From Chloroflexota bacterium (GTDB lineage: Bacteria > Chloroflexota > Dehalococcoidia > Lucifugimonadales > UBA1127): a stretch of 64,000 bases of DNA. The DNA is taken from the NCBI GenBank assembly GCA_026713825.1, contig JAPONS010000008.1, positions 10,682 through 74,681 on the forward strand, written 5' to 3'. The notes below the pieces were generated by a model that searched no databases, was not told the origin of the DNA, and saw nothing but the letters and a program-made list of their open reading frames with translations. The position numbers and the translations under genes are program-made. How positions within the stretch are numbered: position 1 is the first letter of the stretch; the number at the start of each line of letters is the position of its first letter. This document shows, in pieces, positions 1 to 8,078 of this stretch.

Positions 1-503
1 ATCACCGCCAGCGTGTCCGATATGCGGACCAGCATCTCGCCCACCGCCACGTCCGGGCCGCCCTTGGCCATCTCTCCCAGCTGCTCCCGGTAGGTCTCAA
101 GAGCCTGTTCATAGGGCACCGGCACCTCTGCGTGCTCCTTGGGAGCCATCGTGGACACCGACGCCGCAATGACCACCGAGTCCTCTGCGCCCGCGTTCCT
201 CCGTGCCTGAACCGCCGCGTCGATTCCCAGCTTATTGGCCTCGGCCACCTTGTCCCCGAGACCGCCCTCTTCGAACAAGTCACGCCCCGTGGCAAAGGTG
301 TTCGTGATGATGATCTCCGCGCCCGCTTCTATGTATTCCTGGTGAATATCCCTCACCAGCTCGGCATGCGAGAGCATCGGACCTCCCGACCACGTTGTGG
401 GGCTCACATACCCCCGAAACTGGAGCTCCGACCCCATGCCCCCGTCCATCAGGATCGTCTCCCCCGCCGCCAACCGGCCCTGCATTTTCTCAAAGTTGCT
501 CAT
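1..503 (-). CDS. Homocysteine S-methyltransferase family protein (Hcy-binding domain); C-terminal part cut by window edge
   Basis: Own minus-strand translation from ATG (cat at 501-503): MSNFEKMQGRLAAGETILMDGGMGSELQFRGY...AEIIITNTFATGRDLFEE. The DGGMG and TNTF motifs are typical of Hcy-binding methyltransferase domains. Not in the ORF track because it runs off the window. Confidence 0.75.
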   Translation of the reverse strand, partial: MSNFEKMQGRLAAGETILMDGGMGSELQFRGYVSPTTWSGGPMLSHAELVRDIHQEYIEAGAEIIITNTFATGRDLFEEGGLGDKVAEANKLGIDAAVQARRNAGAEDSVVIAASVSTMAPKEHAEVPVPYEQALETYREQLGEMAKGGPDVAVGEMLVRISDTLAV

Positions 504-925
504 GCCTCTCTCCTGGTGAAACCCGAATTCGCCCTTCCATCCGGACGATGGACATGGATCCCATAGGCTTGGTGCACGGGCTTATGAAATCCCGGCCTCC
601 GATGCCGCTGACCCTCACCACAATGATACCCCGGAGTGCATCGGCCTGCCTCGGGGCTGGCAGCAGACCCGCAAATGTCAGAGTGATTGGGCGAAGTGTG
701 TGTGCGTCCGCATTCAGGCGGGCGCGTCGTCATACCGATGTTCGTGCGAGACCTCACAGGAGCTTTAACGCTGGACCCTTCAACGTGCACCAGGTTTTGG
801 TGGCAGGTCATTCGCCCCGTGATCGCGAGATTGAGAGCATGACTGACCTCAGATTGTTGAGCCACGAATCAACGTTCCAAATATGCAATAGACACCAAAG
901 ACTCCGGTGCTCGTGGGCAGCGGAA

Positions 926-954
926 TTGAGTCCCCCTTACCTGCCTACTACAAT
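926..954 (+). promoter_or_regulatory. Sigma70-type promoter TTGAGT-17-TACAAT, 6 nt before the ATG (leaderless mRNA predicted)
   Basis: TTGAGT at 926-931, 17-nt spacer, TACAAT at 949-954, ATGATG at 961. No Shine-Dalgarno in between. Confidence 0.45.
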
Positions 955-960
955 CCCCGC

Positions 961-1500
961 ATGATGAACGCAGATGATGTCATCCAAGTCGTCAACGCCC
1001 TTGAAACGGCAGGGATTGACGTTTGGCTCCAGGGCGGTTGGGGAGTAGACGCGCTGCTGGGGGAACAGACGCGCCCGCACGATGACCTGGATGTGATCAT
1101 TAAGGCAGACGATATCCCACAAACAATGCAGGTAACTCGTGACTTGGGGTTCTCCTTGATGACAGATGAACTGCCGCAGGGATTTGTGGTCCGTGATGAA
1201 ACAGACCGAAGGATCGATTTCCATCCCGTCCGCTTCGGAAGCGACGGCAGCGCCGCTCAGCCGAGCATTCGCGGCGGTGAGTGGGTGTTCTCGGGACGTG
1301 GATTGCGAGGCATTGGGTCAATCAATGGCAGGAGCGTCCGATGCCTCACGCCTGATGAACAAGCTGTACGGGCAACTGACCAGCCGGGTGAAGAAGGCTA
1401 TGAGCCTGACGAGACCGACAGAAAAGATATGCAGTTGCTTCGTGAGCGATTCGGTATACAACTCCCATACCCGTTCGACAACGGTGACGCACAGAGCTGA
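961..1500 (+). CDS. Nucleotidyltransferase of the aminoglycoside-2''-adenylyltransferase / lincosamide nucleotidyltransferase type
   Basis: ORF 907..1500 trimmed to ATGATG at 961. VWLQGGWGVDALLGEQTRPHDDLDVII parallels the LWIGGGWAIDARLGRVTRKHDDIDL core of ANT(2'')-Ia. Lower GC than the surroundings. Confidence 0.7.
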   Translation: MMNADDVIQVVNALETAGIDVWLQGGWGVDALLGEQTRPHDDLDVIIKADDIPQTMQVTRDLGFSLMTDELPQGFVVRDETDRRIDFHPVRFGSDGSAAQPSIRGGEWVFSGRGLRGIGSINGRSVRCLTPDEQAVRATDQPGEEGYEPDETDRKDMQLLRERFGIQLPYPFDNGDAQS

Positions 1501-1522
1501 GGGCGACGACGTATCTTGACGT

Positions 1523-1598
1523 TGGTGGAGATAGGGGGATTCGAACCCCCGACCCCTTGCATGCCATGCAAGTGCTCTTCCAGCTGAGCTATATCCCC
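1523..1598 (-). tRNA. tRNA-Ala (anticodon GGC), CCA encoded
   Basis: Reverse complement GGGGATATAGCTCAGCTGGAAGAGCACTTGCATGGCATGCAAGGGGTCGGGGGTTCGAATCCCCCTATCTCCACCA folds as a cloverleaf. It has the G3:U70 Ala identity pair and an anticodon loop ATGGCAT. Confidence 0.95.
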
Positions 1599-1623
1599 AC
1601 GTGCGCAACAAGAGAGGGATTCC

Positions 1624-1652
1624 ACTATAGCAAAGGCCCCTTTCCCGCACAA
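1624..1652 (-). promoter_or_regulatory. Promoter for tRNA-Ala: TTGTGC-17-TGCTATAGT (extended -10)
   Basis: Minus strand reads TTGTGC (1652-1647), 17-nt spacer, TATAGT (1629-1624) preceded by TGC. It lies 25 nt upstream of the tRNA 5' end. Confidence 0.5.
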
Positions 1653-1821
1653 GTTGCGCCTGACCCCTCTACCATTTCCCTTGCGCGCGGGTTTATACTG
1701 TTGTCACGAACTACACATCCTCAAGTGCGGAAGCCCAACATCCATTGAACACCCCCTGAGCCGCCAGGGGTCGAACTTATCTGCCAGAGTGTCCAGGGGG
1801 ACCCTGGGGAATGGGCAGACT

Positions 1822-3339
1822 ATGCAGATACCGGTTTCGGAAGACACTCGCAAACAGGAACTCTTTTCCCTCTGCGCCTCTCTCCTTGAAGGCCGTCCCC
1901 TCATTGTCGCCAGCAACCGCGGCCCCCTCGAGTTCCACATCAGCCCAGAGGGCAAGCCCCAGCCCCGCAGGGGCTCCGGCGCCGTCGTCACCGCTCTGAA
2001 CTCCCTCGTCCAGCACTTCGAGTTCAGTTGGGTCGCCAACGCCATGGGCGAGGGCGACCGCCGCGCCCAGCAGGCCGCCGAGTCCTCCAACATCCCCTCC
2101 CCGCTGCCCAACCAGAAGGTGTCGGCCCGCTACGTCATCACTCCCCGCCGCGCCTACCACAAGTTCTACAACGTCTTCTGCAACCCCCTCCTCTGGTTCC
2201 TCCAGCACTCCATGTGGAGCCCCGCCTACACGCCCAACCTCGACAGCACCGTCCACGACACCTGGGCCACCGGCTACACCCCCGTCAACCAGGCCTTCGC
2301 CGACGCCATCATCGCCGAGGCCGCCGGCGGCCCGCCGCCCATCGTCATGCTCCACGACTACCACCTCTACCTGACGCCCGGCATGGTCCGCCAGGAACTC
2401 CCGGAAGCCCTCATCACCCACTACCTCCACATCCCTTGGCCGTCGCTGCGCACGTGGCAGCTCCTTCCCGGCTACATCCGCACCGCCATCTGCTCCAGCC
2501 TCTGCGCCTGCGACATCGTCGGCTTCCAGTCCCGCTGGGACGCCCGTGCCTTCCTCGAGTGCTGCGAGGCCTTCATCCCCGGCTCCGTCGTCGACTACAC
2601 CGAGGGCACCGTCGAGGCCAACGGTCGCTGCACCTACGTCCGCGCCTACCCCATGTCCATTGCCGTCGACGAGGTCCGCGCCATCGCCGAGTCCCAGCGC
2701 GCCACCGAGTTCCACGGCAAGATCTCTGAGTACACCGCCAATCACACCATCGTCCGCGTCGACCGCGCGGAACCCAACAAGAACATCACCCGCGGCTTCC
2801 GCGCCTACCAGACCATGCTGGAGTCCCACCCGGACATCAAGGAAGAGGTCACCTTCCTCGCCTTCCTCGTCCCCTCCCGCACCCACACCAAGCAGTACGA
2901 ACGCTACATGGAGGAGATTGAGGCCCTCGTGCGCCAGATCAACAACCTCCACGGCAGCCCCAACTGGCAGCCCATCCACGTCTTCACGGAGAACAATTAC
3001 ACCCAGGCCATCGCCGGCCTGCGCCTCTACGACACCCTCCTCGTCAACCCCGTCGTCGACGGCATGAACCCCGTCGCCAAGGAGGGCCCTGTCGTCAACA
3101 ACCGCCACGGCGTCCTCGTCCTCTCCGAGGGCTCCAGCGCCTATGAGCAGCTTCGCGACGGCGTCCTCGCCATCTCCCCCGCTGACATCGAGGGCACCGC
3201 CGAGGCCCTCTACCAGTCCGTTGTCATGCCCGCCGAGGAGCGCGTCCGCCGCTCGGAGTTTCTCACCGCCGCCATAGAGCGCGAGGACTCCGTCCACTGG
3301 CTCCTCTCCCAACTCCGGGACATCGCCTCCCTCACGTAG
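1822..3339 (+). CDS. otsA: Alpha,alpha-trehalose-phosphate synthase-like glycosyltransferase (GT20)
   Basis: ORF 1654..3339 trimmed to ATG 1822 (MQIPVSEDTRK). Contains LIVASNRGPLEF, FCNPLLWFLQH and MLHDYHLYLTPGMVR motifs typical of OtsA. Confidence 0.8.
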   Translation: MQIPVSEDTRKQELFSLCASLLEGRPLIVASNRGPLEFHISPEGKPQPRRGSGAVVTALNSLVQHFEFSWVANAMGEGDRRAQQAAESSNIPSPLPNQKVSARYVITPRRAYHKFYNVFCNPLLWFLQHSMWSPAYTPNLDSTVHDTWATGYTPVNQAFADAIIAEAAGGPPPIVMLHDYHLYLTPGMVRQELPEALITHYLHIPWPSLRTWQLLPGYIRTAICSSLCACDIVGFQSRWDARAFLECCEAFIPGSVVDYTEGTVEANGRCTYVRAYPMSIAVDEVRAIAESQRATEFHGKISEYTANHTIVRVDRAEPNKNITRGFRAYQTMLESHPDIKEEVTFLAFLVPSRTHTKQYERYMEEIEALVRQINNLHGSPNWQPIHVFTENNYTQAIAGLRLYDTLLVNPVVDGMNPVAKEGPVVNNRHGVLVLSEGSSAYEQLRDGVLAISPADIEGTAEALYQSVVMPAEERVRRSEFLTAAIEREDSVHWLLSQLRDIASLT

Positions 3340-3371
3340 ACCCGGACGGTTTGGCGCCCGGCCGCCATATC

Positions 3372-3400
3372 TTGCACGCGCCCTAAGTCTGGTTTAGACT
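3372..3400 (+). promoter_or_regulatory. Promoter TTGCAC-17-TAGACT upstream of sodB
   Basis: TTGCAC at 3372-3377 and TAGACT at 3395-3400 with a 17-nt spacer. This predicts a leader of roughly 80 nt ending in the AGAGGAGGAA SD at 3471-3480. Confidence 0.45.
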
Positions 3401-3483
3401 ACCCCCGTCCTAGCGGTTTGCGCCGTCGTCGTCTGCGTCATCTGGCGTCCGCCGCCAACGGAAACAGTCCAGAGGAGGAAACT

Positions 3484-4065
3484 GTGAAGCACGAGCTGCC
3501 CGATCTGCCATATGCGATGAACGCCCTGGCCCCACACATCTCCGCCGAGACCCTGGAGTTCCACTACGGCAAGCACCACCAGGCCTACGTCAACAACCTG
3601 AACAACCTCATCCCCGGAACCGAGTTCGAGGAGTCCTCCCTTGAGGACATCATCGTCAAGGCCCCGGCCGGCACCATCTTCAACAACGCCGCCCAGGTCT
3701 GGAACCACACCCTTTACTGGAACAGCATGAGCCCCCAGGGCGGTGGCGACCCCTCCGGCGACGTCGCTGCGGCCATCAACGCCTCCTTCGAGTCCTTTGA
3801 GGAGTTCAAGAAGCAGTTCACCCAGCGCGCCGCAACCAACTTCGGCTCCGGCTGGACCTGGCTCGTCAAGAACGCCGACGGCTCCCTCGCCATTGAGAAC
3901 ACCAGCAACGCCGGCAACCCCCTCACCAACGGCCAGACCCCCATCATCACCTGCGACGTCTGGGAGCACGCCTACTACATCGACTACCGCAATGTCCGCG
4001 CCGAGTACCTTGAGGCGTGGTGGCGCCTCGTCAACTGGGAGCTCGTCGCCAAGGGCATCGCCTAA
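3484..4065 (+). CDS. sodB: Fe-type superoxide dismutase
   Basis: GTG 3484 lies after the GGAGGA SD. Protein reads KHELPDLPYAMNALAPHISAETLEFHYGKHHQAYV...NNAAQVWNHTLYWNSM...DVWEHAYYIDYRN, with the AAQVWNH motif of Fe-SODs. Confidence 0.93.
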   Translation: MKHELPDLPYAMNALAPHISAETLEFHYGKHHQAYVNNLNNLIPGTEFEESSLEDIIVKAPAGTIFNNAAQVWNHTLYWNSMSPQGGGDPSGDVAAAINASFESFEEFKKQFTQRAATNFGSGWTWLVKNADGSLAIENTSNAGNPLTNGQTPIITCDVWEHAYYIDYRNVRAEYLEAWWRLVNWELVAKGIA

Positions 4066-4087
4066 CCGCGACCTCTTTCGCAACAAG

Positions 4088-4123
4088 AAGGGCTCCAACC
4101 CCGATCATGGGGTTGGAGCCCTT
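4088..4123. terminator. Bidirectional intrinsic terminator between convergent sodB and hemL
   Basis: AAGGGCTCCAACCCC-gatcat-GGGGTTGGAGCCCTT forms a perfect 15-bp stem with T/A-containing flanks. Confidence 0.65.
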
Positions 4124-4144
4124 TGCATTCCATTGAGTCTGCCG

Positions 4145-5437
4145 CTACCCCGCCGCGGCCTTCCCCATCGCGACGTCTGCCGCCTCCAGCGTCAGCTCCA
4201 GGTCCGACGGCGTGTGCACCGTCGACACGAACGCAGCCTCAAACGCCGACGGCGCGAAGTACACCCCCTGCTCCAGCATCGAGTGGAAGAACCGCGAGTA
4301 CGCCCCCGCGTCCGACTGCGTCACCGCCTCCCAGCCGTCCACCGGCCCCGGGTTGAAGAACATGCTGAACAGCGACCCCACACGGTTGATCGTCACCGAG
4401 ACCTCGTGCGCCGCAGCAGCCGCCTGCAGCCCATCCGTCAGCTCGAGCGCCGTCTCCTCCAGCCCCTCGTACACCCCCGGCCTCTCCACCGACTTCAGCG
4501 TCGCGATCCCCGCCGCAACGGCCACCGGGTTCCCCGAGAGCGTGCCCGCCTGATACGCCGGCCCCAGCGGCGCCACCTGCTCCATGACCTCGCGCCGCCC
4601 GCCGTACGCGCCGATGGGCATCCCGCCCCCGATGATCTTCCCCAGCGTCGTCAGGTCCGGCGTGACCCCGTACAGCCCCTGCGCCCCCCCGTGCGCGACC
4701 CGGAACCCCGTGATCACCTCGTCGAAGATCAGCAGCGCCCCGTGCTCCGTCGTTATGTCCCGCAGCCCCTGCAGGAACCCCTCCCCCGGCGGCACGACGC
4801 CCATGTTGCCCGCCACCGGCTCCACGATCACCGCCGCGATGTCCCCGCCGTTCGCCGCGAACTGCGCCCGGACGCTCTCCATGTCGTTGTAGTCCGCCAG
4901 CAGCGTCTCGCCCGCGTAGCTTGCGGGAACCCCCGCGCTGTCCGGCACGCTCAGCGTCGCCGCCCCCGAGCCCGCCTTCACCAGCAGCCCGTCCGAGTGC
5001 CCGTGGTAGCACCCTACGAACTTCACCACCTTCGACCGCCCCGTGTGCGCCCGCGCCATCCGGATCGCGCTCATGCACGCCTCCGTGCCCGAGTTCACCA
5101 GCCGCACCAGCTCGACCGACGGCAGCGCCGCGCAGATCAACCGAGCCAGCTCCACCTCGCCCGGCGTCGGCGCCCCAAAACTCGTTCCACGCTTCGCCGA
5201 TTCCTGCACCGCCAGCACCACCGACGGGTGCGCGTGCCCCAGCACCAGCGGCCCCCACGACGCCAGGTAGTCGATGTACTCGTTGTTGTCCGCGTCCCAC
5301 ACCCGCGACCCGCGCCCGCGAAGGATGAACGGCGGCTCGCCGCCCACGCCCCGGAACGACCGCACGGGGCTGTTCACCCCGCCGGGAATGACCTTCTGCG
5401 CTTCCTCGAACAGCCGCTTGGACAGGTTGTTGTTCAT
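4145..5437 (-). CDS. hemL: Glutamate-1-semialdehyde 2,1-aminomutase
   Basis: MNNNLSKRLFEEAQKVIPGGVNSPVRSFRGVGGEPPF...; full-length HemL-like sequence of 430 aa. Confidence 0.95.
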   Translation of the reverse strand: MNNNLSKRLFEEAQKVIPGGVNSPVRSFRGVGGEPPFILRGRGSRVWDADNNEYIDYLASWGPLVLGHAHPSVVLAVQESAKRGTSFGAPTPGEVELARLICAALPSVELVRLVNSGTEACMSAIRMARAHTGRSKVVKFVGCYHGHSDGLLVKAGSGAATLSVPDSAGVPASYAGETLLADYNDMESVRAQFAANGGDIAAVIVEPVAGNMGVVPPGEGFLQGLRDITTEHGALLIFDEVITGFRVAHGGAQGLYGVTPDLTTLGKIIGGGMPIGAYGGRREVMEQVAPLGPAYQAGTLSGNPVAVAAGIATLKSVERPGVYEGLEETALELTDGLQAAAAAHEVSVTINRVGSLFSMFFNPGPVDGWEAVTQSDAGAYSRFFHSMLEQGVYFAPSAFEAAFVSTVHTPSDLELTLEAADVAMGKAAAG

Positions 5438-5476
5438 GGTGAGTCAGTCCTTGTAGAGGTTGATGTAGGTTCCGTG

Positions 5477-6262
5477 CTACGGCGTCTTCCGCCGCGTGAA
5501 GAGCAGCCCGCTCCACGTCTTGTCAATGGCCGCCACCTTGTAGTCGACCAGCCCCGCCGCGAGTCCCGCCTCGCGCACCGCCTGCTGCATCACGTCCGTC
5601 GCCACCCCCGAGGCCCGCTTAGGCCACGCCATCCACAGCCCGCCCCGTTCGGCGACGGCGTCGATAGCGCGGCCAAGGCCAGTCTCCAACTCGGCCAGCG
5701 AGCTGAGGAACCAGACGGCCAGCGGAGCGGGCCCGCTTGCGTCCCAGTCCAGCATGGCGCCCTCCGGCAGTGGCCCCAGCGTCCGTTCAAAGTCATCCGG
5801 AGCGCCCAGCAGCGTCACCGTCATCCCCGGCTTGACCCCCAGCTTCTTTGGCAGCGGCGTCCCCGAGTACCCCGCAAACAGCGACTCCGGCACCACCGGC
5901 GATTCCGGCGGGTTCGCAATCGCCTCCGCCAACGCCCCGCCGATGTCCTCCCAAGAGGCATACGCCGCGTCCGGCAGTACCTCCCGCAACCGCGCAACCT
6001 TCTCGGGGTCGCCCCCCGCGAAGACCATCGGCACCCGCCGCGTCGTCTTGCGCTCCCGCAGCGAGATCGCCAGCTCCCGCATGTGCGACGGCACCCGCGT
6101 GATGTCGAAGACGTAAGCGTCAGGCGGCGTCTGCCACACCCGCTTCAGCGCGTCCCGGTCGTCCAGCGGGTCGAACAGCACGTCGTACCCCAGCGCGTGC
6201 AGTGCCGCGATGCGCTCTGCCGCCTCCAGCGGCCGCAGGTGGAGCAGGCGCACCCTTGGCAT
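5477..6262 (-). CDS. Hypothetical protein: receiver-like N-terminal half plus DUF3052-like C-terminal half
   Basis: 261-aa ORF with coding-like composition, embedded in the heme operon. The C-terminal GYSGTPLPKKLGVKPGMTVTLLGAPDDF...LWMAWPKRASG resembles DUF3052 proteins (from memory, unverified). Confidence 0.55.
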   Translation of the reverse strand: MPRVRLLHLRPLEAAERIAALHALGYDVLFDPLDDRDALKRVWQTPPDAYVFDITRVPSHMRELAISLRERKTTRRVPMVFAGGDPEKVARLREVLPDAAYASWEDIGGALAEAIANPPESPVVPESLFAGYSGTPLPKKLGVKPGMTVTLLGAPDDFERTLGPLPEGAMLDWDASGPAPLAVWFLSSLAELETGLGRAIDAVAERGGLWMAWPKRASGVATDVMQQAVREAGLAAGLVDYKVAAIDKTWSGLLFTRRKTP

Positions 6263-6264
6263 CG

Positions 6265-7044
6265 CTAGCTGCTCACCTCAACGTCGATGCCCACCGGGCA
6301 GTGGTCGCTCCCCATGACCTCAGACAGAATGAACGCGCCCTTGATCTTGTCCGCCAGCCCCGTGCTCGCGTAAAAATAGTCGATGCGCCACCCCACGTTC
6401 CGGTCCCGCGCCCGCGAGATCATGTCCCAGTACGTGTAGTTGCCCGGCTCCTCGTTGAACATCCGGAACGTGTCCAGGTGCCCGTGCGCCAGCAGCTTGT
6501 CGATCCACTTCCGCTCGACCTCCAGGAACCCGGACACGTTCTCGTTCTCCTTCGGCCGCGCCAGGTCGATGGCCTTGTGCGCCGTGTTCACGTCGCCGCA
6601 GATGACCACATTGCGCCCCGACGCCGTCTGCCCGTCGATGTGCTCAAGGAAGGCGTCGTAGAAGCGCATCTTGTAGTCCAGCCGCACGTCGGAGCTCTTG
6701 CCGTTCGGGAAGTACACCGCGTACAGCAGGAACTCGCCGTAGTCCGCGATGAGCGTCCGCCCCTCGCTGTCGAACTCGTCCACCCCGAACCCTACCGTCA
6801 CCGACGCCGGCTCCCGCTTCGTGTAGATCGCGACGCCGCTGTACCCCTTCCGCTCCGCCGACGCGAAGTAAGCATGGTACCCGTCAACCTCTTTCAGCGC
6901 GGGCGGAAGCTGGTCCGGGTGCGCCTTCGTCTCCTGGACGCACAGCACGTCCGGGTCCGCCTCCGCCATCCATTCCAAGAACCCCTTCTTGAGCCCCGCG
7001 CGGATGCCGTTCACGTTCCACGAGAGCAGTCTCAGCGTCGCCAT
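6265..7044 (-). CDS. xth: Exodeoxyribonuclease III
   Basis: [40 protein letters not shown]...SDHCPV. The start ATG 7042-7044 overlaps the hemB stop (TAATG). Confidence 0.92.
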   Translation of the reverse strand: MATLRLLSWNVNGIRAGLKKGFLEWMAEADPDVLCVQETKAHPDQLPPALKEVDGYHAYFASAERKGYSGVAIYTKREPASVTVGFGVDEFDSEGRTLIADYGEFLLYAVYFPNGKSSDVRLDYKMRFYDAFLEHIDGQTASGRNVVICGDVNTAHKAIDLARPKENENVSGFLEVERKWIDKLLAHGHLDTFRMFNEEPGNYTYWDMISRARDRNVGWRIDYFYASTGLADKIKGAFILSEVMGSDHCPVGIDVEVSS

Positions 7045-8027
7045 TACTCCCCCCTCTGCAGCCAACGCGCCACGTCCTTGGCGAAGTAGGTGATCAGGAT
7101 GTCCGCCCCCGCGCGCCGGATGGCGGTGAGCACCTCCATGGCAACCCGGCCCTCGTCGAGCCAGCCCATCTGCCCCGCCGCCTTGATCATGCTGTACTCG
7201 CCGCTCACGTTGTACGCCGCCAGCGGGTGCGGAAACGCCTCTCGCGCCTGCCGCAGCACGTCCAGGTACGCCAGCGCCGGCTTCACCATCAGGATGTCCG
7301 CGCCCTCAGCCGCGTCCTGCTCCAGCTCCCGCATCGCCATCCGCGCGTTGGCCGGGTCCATCTGGTACCCCCGCCGGTCGCCCACCTGCGGCGTCGAGTC
7401 CGCTGCCACCCGGAACGGCCCGTAGAACGCCGACGCATACTTCGAGGCGTATGCCATCACCGGCGTGTCGTCGAGCCCCGCCGCGTCCAGCGCCGCGCGT
7501 ATCGCCCCGACCTGCCCGTCCATCATCGCCGACGGCGCGACGATGTCCGCCCCCGCCTGCGCGTGCGACACCGCCGTCTTCGCTAGCAGATCCAGCGTCG
7601 CGTCGTTGTCCACCGTCGCACCGTCGAGGATGCCGCAGTGTCCGTGGTCCGTGTACTCGCACAGGCACACGTCCGTCACGACGGCCAGCTCCGGCACAGC
7701 CGCCTTGATGGCCCGCACCGCCTCCTGCACCACGCCCGTCGACGCGTACGCCTGCGACCCCACGCCGTCCTTGTCGTTCGGCAGCCCGAACAGCAGCACC
7801 GCCGGGATCCCCAGCGACGCCACCTCCCGCGCCTCGTCCGCCAGCGCCGAGATCGGCAGTTGGTAGCACCCCGGCATCGGCTCGATCGGCGTCGGCGCAC
7901 CCTCTGCCTCCGTCACGAAGAGCGGGTAAACGAACGACGCCGCCGACAACCGCGGCTCCTGCGCCCACCGCCGCACGGCCTCCGAGCCGCGCAGCCGCCG
8001 CAACCGGACCGTCGGAAACTCTGCCAT
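7044..8027 (-). CDS. hemB: Porphobilinogen synthase (delta-aminolevulinate dehydratase)
   Basis: ORF 7044..8066 trimmed to ATG 8027 behind a GGAGGGAG SD. Protein reads [21 protein letters not shown]...FVYPLFV... Confidence 0.94.
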   Translation of the reverse strand: MAEFPTVRLRRLRGSEAVRRWAQEPRLSAASFVYPLFVTEAEGAPTPIEPMPGCYQLPISALADEAREVASLGIPAVLLFGLPNDKDGVGSQAYASTGVVQEAVRAIKAAVPELAVVTDVCLCEYTDHGHCGILDGATVDNDATLDLLAKTAVSHAQAGADIVAPSAMMDGQVGAIRAALDAAGLDDTPVMAYASKYASAFYGPFRVAADSTPQVGDRRGYQMDPANARMAMRELEQDAAEGADILMVKPALAYLDVLRQAREAFPHPLAAYNVSGEYSMIKAAGQMGWLDEGRVAMEVLTAIRRAGADILITYFAKDVARWLQRGE

Positions 8028-8078
8028 GACTCCCTCCGAGACTCTCTCGTGCCGAGCTGTCCTCAACTCGGCCCATTG

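Noticed and set aside
504-720. Cobalamin or SAM riboswitch in the homocysteine methyltransferase leader.
   Set aside because: AAGCCCGTGCACCAAGCC only vaguely resembles a B12 box. There is no GGGAA...GGTG..AA.TCC core, no GCCACTG and no SAM-I junction motifs. Kept only as an unassigned spacer.
796-823. Possible att-type direct repeat of the tRNA-Ala 3' end (TTGGTGGCAGGTCATTCGCCCCGTGATC versus TTGGTGGAGATAGGGGGATTCGAACCCCC).
   Set aside because: Only the first 7 nt and scattered positions match, the spacing differs, and no integrase gene is present.
3743-6268. 841-aa plus-strand ORF, and similar giant ORFs: 1777..3312-, 8689..9861+, 16001..17887+, 23845..25554+, 32228..34729+, 9759..11153+.
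   Set aside because: They are Arg/Pro/Ala/Gly/His-rich low-complexity translations lying antisense or out of frame to genes with clear homolog-like sequences. This is the typical open-frame artefact of very high GC DNA.
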